Virus record (IMG/VR): IMGVR_UViG_3300020448_000002
Span: 62,270 to 126,269 of that record
Strand: one strand, 5' to 3'
Origin: a virus
Length of the DNA: 64,000 nt
Part shown: piece by piece, positions 57,064-64,000 of the stretch
How positions within the stretch are numbered: the stretch's first letter is position 1
Layout of the letters: each line of letters opens with the position of its first letter
The notes under the pieces: model-generated
The model's input: only the letters and a program-made list of their open reading frames with translations
Databases searched by the model: none
Told to the model about the DNA's origin: nothing
Position numbers and translations under genes: made by a program

Positions 57064-57148
57064 GGAAGATCATCCATCTGAAAACAAAGGGCAAATGCAA
57101 TCCTCAATGAAGGAGTTTCTTCAAAGTCAAAAAGATCAAGGCATTTAA
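56885..57148 (+). CDS. Hypothetical protein
   Basis: GGAG RBS upstream of ATG; ends 2 nt before uvsY; LSKFQIQLLKEGPKSLSSAW helical core. Confidence 0.65.
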   Translation: MTENTEPKEWLSGWRKELLENPIGLSKFQIQLLKEGPKSLSSAWMLGALHQKWKDSKGIKEDHPSENKGQMQSSMKEFLQSQKDQGI

Positions 57149-57150
57149 TT

Positions 57151-57579
57151 ATGAATCTAGAGGCATTACAGGAACAGTGGAGAACTGATTCTGTTATTGA
57201 TCCTGATAAGTATGGTGAGGAGTCTACAAGAATTCCTCAACTACACTTGAGGTACATGGAAATATATAACACGTATGCCTTGATGAAGAAGGAGAGAAAA
57301 TCAGAATTTATAAAACTTGTAAGACAAAAATGGATATACTATAAGGGCAAAGCAACTGCTGCAGTATATAAGGAACTACCATTTGATTTTAAATTAACAA
57401 CTAAAGAAGAAATTAATATGTTCATCGAGTCAGATGATGACATACAAAAACTTCAGTTGAAGATTGACTATATAGATCAAGTCCTCTTCTTTTTAGATGG
57501 AGTCTTGAAGCAAATTGGAAGTAGAAACTTTCAAATCAAAAATGCTATCGAGTGGGAGAGGTTTCAAAGTGGTATGTAA
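57151..57579 (+). CDS. uvsY: Recombination mediator UvsY
   Basis: W..DSVID, IPQLHLRY, WIYYKGKA, RNFQIKNAIEW.RF..G; directly precedes uvsW. Confidence 0.9.
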   Translation: MNLEALQEQWRTDSVIDPDKYGEESTRIPQLHLRYMEIYNTYALMKKERKSEFIKLVRQKWIYYKGKATAAVYKELPFDFKLTTKEEINMFIESDDDIQKLQLKIDYIDQVLFFLDGVLKQIGSRNFQIKNAIEWERFQSGM

Positions 57580-57582
57580 TTC

Positions 57583-59043
57583 ATGGATCTTACGATCAAA
57601 AAGAAGAATGAAGTATATTTAAAAGTTGACGCAGAACCATCCACCCATCAAGAACTAGCAGACTTTTTTACTTTCGATGTCGATAATGCAAAGTATATGC
57701 AGAAAAATCGAAGGTATAAAGGATGGGATGGAAAAGTAAGATTATATTCTCCTGCTACTGGAGAGATTTATTGTGGTTTATATTCTTATTTAATTGACTG
57801 GGCAAAGAAGAAGGGTTATACATACGAAATTCAGAAGCACGATCACTTTGGTCTTCCACTTGAGGAGAACGATCTAATAACTCCTGAGGCTGTGACAGGG
57901 TTTGTGAAGGCACTTTCTCTTCCTGTAAAAGTACGCGATTACCAACTGAAAGCAATATACGAATGCCTGAGATACAACAGACGAGTCCTATTGTCGCCAA
58001 CTGCCAGTGGGAAATCCTTAATGATCTATTCATTGGTTAGGTTTCATGTAAATGTTAATAGACAGGTTCTAATTGTAGTTCCTACGACTTCTCTTGTAGA
58101 ACAAATGTATAAAGACTTTGAAGAGTATGGATGGAAAGCATCTGCATACTGTCATAAGATATACGGTGGAGAAGAAAAATATACAGAACACCCAGTAACT
58201 ATTACTACTTGGCAATCCATATACAAAGAACCACGTAAATGGTTTGAACGCTATGATGTTATTATAGGCGATGAAGCACATTTATTCAAGGCTAAATCAC
58301 TAACAAGATTGATGTCTAAGTTACATGACTGTAAGTATAGGTATGGATTTACTGGAACACTGGATGGAACTAATGTAAATCAACTAGTATTAGAAGGTGT
58401 ATTTGGTAGATGTTCTAAGGTAACTAAGACAGAAAGTCTAATGCAGAAAGGACATCTTGCTAAATTAAAGATCAATATTATATTATTAAAGCATAAAGAA
58501 AAAATATTTGAAGGGTATCAGGAAGAAATAGAGTACCTGACCGAACATGAAAACCGTAATAAATTTATCCGAAACTTAGCATCAGACCTAAAAGGTAATA
58601 CTTTAGTGCTGTTTAATTACGTAGAAAAACATGGTGTCCCTCTATACGAGATGATAAATACTTATACAGATAAGTCTGTATATTTGGTTCATGGTGGAGT
58701 TGAGACAGAAGATAGGGAAGACATTCGTTTCCTTGTTGAGAGATCTGTTGATGGAGGATGTATTATAGTAGCATCTCTAGGAACGTTCTCTACAGGTATC
58801 AACATTAAAAATCTACATAATGTTATTTTTGCATCGCCCTCCAAATCAAGAATACGCAACCTACAATCTATAGGACGTGTATTAAGGAAAGGAGAAAACA
58901 AGTCCAAAGCTACTTTATATGATATAGCTGACGATATATCTACAGATACAGGAAAGAATTATACTCTCCGACATTTGTATGAAAGGATAAAAATTTATAA
59001 AGAAGAAAATTTTAAGTATGAAATTGTAGAAGTAACCCTCTAA
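57583..59043 (+). CDS. uvsW: SF2 DNA helicase UvsW
   Basis: WDGKVRL, RDYQ, SPTASGKS, VPTTSLVEQM, DEAH, GFTGT, QSIGRVLR. Confidence 0.95.
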   Translation: MDLTIKKKNEVYLKVDAEPSTHQELADFFTFDVDNAKYMQKNRRYKGWDGKVRLYSPATGEIYCGLYSYLIDWAKKKGYTYEIQKHDHFGLPLEENDLITPEAVTGFVKALSLPVKVRDYQLKAIYECLRYNRRVLLSPTASGKSLMIYSLVRFHVNVNRQVLIVVPTTSLVEQMYKDFEEYGWKASAYCHKIYGGEEKYTEHPVTITTWQSIYKEPRKWFERYDVIIGDEAHLFKAKSLTRLMSKLHDCKYRYGFTGTLDGTNVNQLVLEGVFGRCSKVTKTESLMQKGHLAKLKINIILLKHKEKIFEGYQEEIEYLTEHENRNKFIRNLASDLKGNTLVLFNYVEKHGVPLYEMINTYTDKSVYLVHGGVETEDREDIRFLVERSVDGGCIIVASLGTFSTGINIKNLHNVIFASPSKSRIRNLQSIGRVLRKGENKSKATLYDIADDISTDTGKNYTLRHLYERIKIYKEENFKYEIVEVTL

Positions 59044-59047
59044 TCTA

Positions 59048-59515
59048 ATGGCAATTAACTACGCTAAACATGAAGAAGAATTCTATGGAGTTTTCAAACT
59101 CATAAGTGGAGAAGAGGTGCTTGGTCGATCAGTGATAACAGAAGATCAAGGTGAGTCATTAGTTTTTATTCAAGATCCAGTTGTAGTTCAACTTATTGAT
59201 AAACCAGTTGGAGATCAGAAAGTATCTGCAACAGGAGAGTACAAAGTAGCACGTGCAATAGGGTTTACCAAATGGCAACAACTATCAGATGAAGATTTTT
59301 ATATTATAAGAGAGAAAGATATAGTTACTGTTTCTTCTATGAACAAAGAAGTTATATTCATGTATGAGGCATTCGTCCACGGTGCCGACGGGTTGGGTGA
59401 AAAGAAATTTAGAATGAAAACTCCCCTCAACAAAACAAAAGGTTTTGTAGGGAAGATAGATGAAGCAAGAAAAAGGTTTGAAAAACTATTTAAAGAAGAT
59501 CCAAAATCCCCTTGA
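59048..59515 (+). CDS. Hypothetical protein between uvsW and gp55 (Sm-like N-terminal fold possible)
   Basis: FKLISGEEVLG motif; syntenic position typical of cyanomyophages. Confidence 0.7.
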   Translation: MAINYAKHEEEFYGVFKLISGEEVLGRSVITEDQGESLVFIQDPVVVQLIDKPVGDQKVSATGEYKVARAIGFTKWQQLSDEDFYIIREKDIVTVSSMNKEVIFMYEAFVHGADGLGEKKFRMKTPLNKTKGFVGKIDEARKRFEKLFKEDPKSP

Positions 59516-59529
59516 ACCCTTACATGGTT

Positions 59530-59558
59530 ATTGTAGTGGCATTTGACACCTTTGTCAA
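59530..59558 (-). promoter_or_regulatory. Divergent sigma70-like promoter on the minus strand
   Basis: The minus strand reads TTGACA (59558-59553), 17-bp spacer, TACAAT (59535-59530). Confidence 0.5.
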
Positions 59559-59571
59559 GCCCTGCTATAAT
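59543..59571 (+). promoter_or_regulatory. Consensus sigma70 (early-type) promoter for the gp55-gp47-gp46 operon
   Basis: TTGACA (59543-59548), 17-bp spacer, TATAAT (59566-59571); GGAGG RBS before ATG 59595. Confidence 0.85.
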
Positions 59572-59594
59572 AAAACTATTGTCGGAGGACAAAT

Positions 59595-60068
59595 ATGAGG
59601 AAGGCGAACTCGAAAAAGAAGCCGCACTACGTTGATAATGCCGAATTTTTAAACCACATTATCAAATATAAAAGAAAAGTCAAGGAAGCGGAGGAATCTG
59701 GCAAAGCCAAACCCCGCGTGAACAATTATATAGGGAGTTGCTTTCTTAAAATCGCCACTCACCTGTCATACAGACCAAATTTTATCAACTACATGTATAA
59801 AGATGACATGGTATGTGATGGAATAGAGAACTGTATTCAATACATTGATAACTTTGACCCAGAGAAGTCAAGAAATCCTTTTGCGTACTTCACTCAAATA
59901 GTATACTACGCTTTCCTTAGAAGAATTGCAAAAGAGAAACGTCAAATGGATATCAAAGATAAAATTTTAGAAAAATCAGGCTACGATCATGTATTTTCAG
60001 TTGACGGAGAAGTAAATCCCGACTATAATCAGATCAAAAGCCGTGTTGAGATGAACACTAAACGATGA
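59595..60068 (+). CDS. gp55: Late-transcription sigma factor gp55
   Basis: HYVDNAEFL, CFLKIATHLSYRPNFINYMYKDDM, NFDPEKSRNPFAYFTQI. Confidence 0.95.
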   Translation: MRKANSKKKPHYVDNAEFLNHIIKYKRKVKEAEESGKAKPRVNNYIGSCFLKIATHLSYRPNFINYMYKDDMVCDGIENCIQYIDNFDPEKSRNPFAYFTQIVYYAFLRRIAKEKRQMDIKDKILEKSGYDHVFSVDGEVNPDYNQIKSRVEMNTKR

Positions 60069-61099
60069 AGATTCTCTTAATAACCGATCAGCATTTTGGT
60101 GTTCGTAATGATAACGTGTACTTTATAGAACATTATAAAAAGTTCTATGGAAATGTTGTCATACCTTTTATAGAAAAGTTAGACATCAAAGAAATTATTA
60201 ATTTAGGTGATACGTTTGATAAACGTAGATCAATAAATTATATGTCTCTTGATGAATCAAAGTCAATGTGGTTTGATCCTATTACAGAACTAGGATGTCA
60301 TATGACTAGTCTAATAGGTAACCATGACATATATTATAAGAATACACTTAGAATAAATGCTCCAACAGAACTACTAGGAGAGTATAAAAACTTTGATATA
60401 GTAGATAAACCAACTACTCTTAACTATGATGGGTTAGATATTCTTATGCTACCTTGGATATGTGAAGAGAATTATGATAAAACTCTTAGAGTAATTACTG
60501 AGAGTGAAGCACCTGTGTGTATGGGTCACTTAGAACTCAATGGTTTTGAAGCACATCCTGGTCATGTAATGCAGACTGGAACTGACATGTATGTCTTCCA
60601 GAAGTTCAAGAAAGTATTTTCTGGACACTATCATACCAAGTCTAATATGGATAACTGCTATTATCTTGGTAACCCTTATCAATTATACTGGAGTGATTAT
60701 GGAGCAAGAAGAGGATTCCATGTCTTCGACACAGAGACTTTACGAACTACTTTTTACAGAAATCCCTATAACACTTTTCATAAGCTTTATTATAATAATA
60801 AACTTGTGGCACCGAGTGAGGAAGAACTGGAAGGAACATTCGTAAAATTAATTGTAGAAGATAAAGGTGACTATGCTAAATTTGATTACAACGTTAGAAA
60901 ACTACAAGACATAGGTCTTGCAGATCTCAAAATTGTTGAAGACCTTAGTGTTAATCTTGAAGAGGGTGAAACTACGGTAGAGACAGAAGACACTTTAACT
61001 TTATTAGACAACTACATAGATGAGATTGAAGTGAAAGTAAATAAAGATAATGTTAAATCAGTTATGAGATCACTTTATATGGAGGCATCAGAGTTATAA
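60065..61099 (+). CDS. gp47: Recombination endonuclease subunit gp47 (Mre11/SbcD-like)
   Basis: Metallophosphoesterase motifs TDQHFG, LGDTFD, GNHD and SGHYH. Confidence 0.95.
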   Translation: MKILLITDQHFGVRNDNVYFIEHYKKFYGNVVIPFIEKLDIKEIINLGDTFDKRRSINYMSLDESKSMWFDPITELGCHMTSLIGNHDIYYKNTLRINAPTELLGEYKNFDIVDKPTTLNYDGLDILMLPWICEENYDKTLRVITESEAPVCMGHLELNGFEAHPGHVMQTGTDMYVFQKFKKVFSGHYHTKSNMDNCYYLGNPYQLYWSDYGARRGFHVFDTETLRTTFYRNPYNTFHKLYYNNKLVAPSEEELEGTFVKLIVEDKGDYAKFDYNVRKLQDIGLADLKIVEDLSVNLEEGETTVETEDTLTLLDNYIDEIEVKVNKDNVKSVMRSLYMEASEL

Positions 61100-61356
61100 T
61101 GTTTATTTTAACTACCTCAAAAACTGGCGGTGTTTATCATGTTATGAATGATAATAAGAAAAAGACTGTACAATGTTTTGAAGAAAGAGATGATGCTGTT
61201 AGATATCTTACATTGCTTCAAGCTGAACCTGATTTCCAAGTAGGTTTAGATGTTGTAGAAGTAGACCCAGATGTTGTTGCTCTTAATTGTAGTAACTACG
61301 GATATAATTATACCGTCGTAACACCTGACGATTTTGTGATTCCCCCTACTAAATGA
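61099..61356 (+). CDS. Hypothetical protein, DUF3110-like
   Basis: VQCFEERDDAVRY..LL.A and C...GY.Y.VV...IPP pattern, recalled from the cyanobacterial DUF3110 family. Confidence 0.55.
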   Translation: MFILTTSKTGGVYHVMNDNKKKTVQCFEERDDAVRYLTLLQAEPDFQVGLDVVEVDPDVVALNCSNYGYNYTVVTPDDFVIPPTK

Positions 61357-63074
61357 TTACTTTTGAAACTTTAAAGTGGAAAAATTTTCTTTCCACTGGT
61401 GACCAATGGATTGAAATAAATCTAAATACCACTACATCAACTTTGATAGTTGGTGCAAATGGAGCAGGTAAATCCACTATGTTGGATGCACTTACCTTTG
61501 CTTTATTCAATAAACCTTTTCGTAAAATAAGTAAAGGTCAACTAGTTAATAGTATTAATGAAAAAGGAACTAAAGTCGAACTGACATTTATTATAGGGAG
61601 GGATGAGTATCGTGTATTCAGAGGGATTAAACCAACTACGTTCGAGGTTTATAGGAACAATAAGCCACTTGATCAGGATGCTGCAACCAAAGACATGCAG
61701 AAATATCTCGAACAATCAATTCTCAAACTCAACTATAAGTCATTTACACAAGTCGTCATCTTGGGTTCATCCACATTTGTCCCCTTCATGCAACTCAAAG
61801 CTCCTCACAGGAGAGAAGTTATCGAAGATTTATTGGACATCAATATCTTCTCACAAATGAATCAACTGCTGAAAGACAGAGTTCGATCAGCATCACAGAA
61901 AGATAAAGACTGCACTCACCTAGTCACACTAGCAGAAGAGAAAGTATCATCACAAGAAAAATTAATCGATTCTCTTAAAGAAGTAAATTCAGAATTAAAA
62001 GAAGAACAATTAAAAAAATTAAATAAAAAGCAAATACAGATATTAGATTTATGTAAAGATAAAGAAGCAGATGAACAAGAATTATCTCATTCTGAAAAAC
62101 AGTTAAAAGGATTTGATGCTCATAAAAAATCATTACAAGAATTAAGATCTACAGAGTCTGATCTTAAATCAGAACTAAGAAGAGTTACTAAAGAAACAAA
62201 GTTTTTTAAGAACAATGATTCATGTCCTACATGTACACAAGTTATAAATCCAAACTTTAAAAAGGATAAGATAGATGTCTTAACAAGGGATGGTGTATCT
62301 CTAACAAAGAAAACTAATGAATTTAAAGAAGAGATTACTACTCTTGTAAAAACTATTGAAGAACTTGAATCTATATCTGAAGAGGTATATCAACTTCGTA
62401 GTAGAATCTCATCATACGATAGAGATATAATTCGTCTGGAAAAAGATACACTGACTATTGAAAAAGAATTAGATAAGCTAGGACGTGATACTCCTAATAT
62501 TGATAAAGAGAATCATATTCTAAATGCTCTAACAATGGATCTAGAAAATACTAGAGACAAGTGTGGTAAGGTGTCTGCTGAACTAGATGAATACAAAGTT
62601 GTAGCTAATTTATTAAGAGACTCAGGAATCAAAGCAAAAATTATTAAAAAATATATTCCTGTTTTTAATACATTGATCAATAAATATCTTCATAACATGG
62701 ACACCTTCTTTAACTTTACTCTTGATGAAGAATTTAATGAAGTTATTAAGAGTAGATTTAGAGATGAGTTTACTTATTCATCCTTCTCTGAAGGAGAGAA
62801 ACAGAAGATTGATTTAGCACTTCTCTTTACATGGAGAGAGATTGCTCGTATGAAAAATTCAGCAGCGACTAATCTTCTTATACTTGATGAAGTATTTGAT
62901 AGTTCTCTTGATGCATCTGCTGTGAATGATTTGATTAGTATACTTTTAAAGTTAGGTCAAGATACTAATCTATTTGTCATATCACACAAAGGTGAAATCC
63001 TCATAGATAAATTTAAGAGGACACTAGAGTTTGAAAAAGTAAACGATTTCTCAAAGATGTCTGAAGATACCTAA
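61353..63074 (+). CDS. gp46: Recombination endonuclease ATPase subunit gp46 (Rad50/SbcC-like)
   Basis: WKNFLSTG, Walker A GANGAGKS, zinc hook CPTC, signature FSEGE, Walker B LILDE, VISH. Confidence 0.96.
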   Translation: MITFETLKWKNFLSTGDQWIEINLNTTTSTLIVGANGAGKSTMLDALTFALFNKPFRKISKGQLVNSINEKGTKVELTFIIGRDEYRVFRGIKPTTFEVYRNNKPLDQDAATKDMQKYLEQSILKLNYKSFTQVVILGSSTFVPFMQLKAPHRREVIEDLLDINIFSQMNQLLKDRVRSASQKDKDCTHLVTLAEEKVSSQEKLIDSLKEVNSELKEEQLKKLNKKQIQILDLCKDKEADEQELSHSEKQLKGFDAHKKSLQELRSTESDLKSELRRVTKETKFFKNNDSCPTCTQVINPNFKKDKIDVLTRDGVSLTKKTNEFKEEITTLVKTIEELESISEEVYQLRSRISSYDRDIIRLEKDTLTIEKELDKLGRDTPNIDKENHILNALTMDLENTRDKCGKVSAELDEYKVVANLLRDSGIKAKIIKKYIPVFNTLINKYLHNMDTFFNFTLDEEFNEVIKSRFRDEFTYSSFSEGEKQKIDLALLFTWREIARMKNSAATNLLILDEVFDSSLDASAVNDLISILLKLGQDTNLFVISHKGEILIDKFKRTLEFEKVNDFSKMSEDT

Positions 63075-63080
63075 AAAAAT

Positions 63081-64000
63081 ATGAGTGAATTTGTCACAAG
63101 ACATATAGGTCCTTCTAAGGATCAACAGACCCAGATGCTACAGGATTTGGGTCTTTCTAGTTTAGACGAACTTGTTAGAGAAATAGTTCCTGACTCTATT
63201 TTACTTCGTGGTGATTATAAATTACCAAAAGGTTGTAGTGAGTATGAGGCATTAGGAGAACTAAAAGAAATAGTTAAAAAGAATCAAGTTAAAAGAAGCT
63301 TGATAGGTCAAGGATATTACGGTACAATTACACCACCAGTAATACAAAGAAATGTATTAGAGAATCCTGCATGGTATACATCTTATACACCTTATCAGGC
63401 AGAGATATCACAAGGTAGATTAGAAGCATTATTTAATTTTCAGACATTAGTAACAGAACTTACTGGATTACCAGTAGCAAATGCATCTCTATTAGATGAA
63501 GGAACTGCAGCTGCAGAAGCTATGACACTTGCATATAATGCAACATCTAATAAAAATGTTTTTCTAGTTGATAATAAAATATTTCCACAGACATTAAGTA
63601 TTTTAAGAACAAGAGCAAAACCTTTAGGTATTAAAGTTCTTCCAATAGAGTTAAGTAATTTTGAACTAGAAGATTTTACTAATGCATTTGGTATTGTAGT
63701 TCAGTTACCAAATAATCATGGTGGGATAAAACATCCTGATGGTTTACTTAGATGTGCAGAAGTATATAAGTGTATTAAAATAGCAGTTGTAGATCCTCTA
63801 GCACAGGTATTAATGCAACCTGTAGGAGATATGGGTTTTGATATTGCTGTAGGTAGTATGCAGAGATTTGGTATACCTATGGGTTTTGGAGGACCTCATG
63901 CAGCATTCTTTGCAACCACTGAGAAATATAAACGTAAGATTCCTGGACGTATTGTAGGGCAGTCGGTAGATAGTCAAGGTAATAAAGCACTACGGCTAGC
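63081..64000 (+). CDS. gcvP: Glycine dehydrogenase (glycine cleavage P protein), N-terminal part, 3'-truncated; not in ORF track
   Basis: Manual translation: MSEFVTRHIGPS...SLIGQGYYGTITPPVIQRNVLENPAWYTSYTPYQAEISQGRLEALFNFQT...ANASLLDEGTAAAEAM...GSMQRFGIPMGFGGPHAAFF...PGRIVG. Frame stays open to the window end. Confidence 0.93.
   Translation, partial: MSEFVTRHIGPSKDQQTQMLQDLGLSSLDELVREIVPDSILLRGDYKLPKGCSEYEALGELKEIVKKNQVKRSLIGQGYYGTITPPVIQRNVLENPAWYTSYTPYQAEISQGRLEALFNFQTLVTELTGLPVANASLLDEGTAAAEAMTLAYNATSNKNVFLVDNKIFPQTLSILRTRAKPLGIKVLPIELSNFELEDFTNAFGIVVQLPNNHGGIKHPDGLLRCAEVYKCIKIAVVDPLAQVLMQPVGDMGFDIAVGSMQRFGIPMGFGGPHAAFFATTEKYKRKIPGRIVGQSVDSQGNKALRL

Noticed and set aside
364-59592. Numerous 60-180 aa minus-strand and alternate-frame ORFs in the track (e.g. 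34255-34740, 52521-53069, 59299-59592)
   Set aside because: They lie inside or across strongly supported plus-strand genes, show no recognisable motifs, and are expected shadows of biased codon usage.
45723-63074. Introns, inteins or homing endonucleases in gp17, gp20, gp23, uvsW or gp46
   Set aside because: All are continuous and of ordinary length. No intein C/S...HN boundaries or HNH/GIY-YIG/LAGLIDADG ORFs were recognised.
1-64000. tRNA, rRNA or stop-codon reassignment
   Set aside because: Intergenic gaps are short and show no cloverleaf that I could recognise. Core genes translate full-length with the standard code and end in TAA, TAG or TGA.

Overview
The window is an AT-rich, almost entirely plus-strand segment of a T4-like marine cyanomyophage (Kyanoviridae-type; a Prochlorococcus/Synechococcus host is inferred). 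It covers the virion morphogenesis module and the start of the replication/recombination module. Gene order: giant gp7-like baseplate protein (over 6,000 aa, 5' end outside the window), gp9-like and YHYH-type structural proteins, gp8, a VrlC/DUF4815-type protein, a 2,345-aa fibre, gp13-16, a small-ORF island with a thermonuclease, gp17-23, peptide deformylase, gp3, uvsY, uvsW, gp55, gp47, gp46, and a 3'-truncated glycine dehydrogenase (gcvP) missing from the ORF track. T4-type late promoters ((T)ATAAATA/CTAAATA) and hairpin terminators punctuate the late genes. The most striking feature is recursive 'matryoshka' domain insertion. In the giant protein, 15 copies of a ~105-118 aa Cys/His/YPR module are inserted inside one another in a balanced, branched tree up to 7 levels deep, and 4 more form a second nest. 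An unrelated Gly/Thr module is nested 5 deep at the fibre C-terminus, and two portable beta-modules decorate gp14, gp15, gp18 and the VrlC-like protein. Other leads are blue-copper-like C-x2-H-x2-M sites in two virion proteins and an interlocked bidirectional sigma70 promoter before gp55. All family assignments come from motif recognition and synteny, not database searches.
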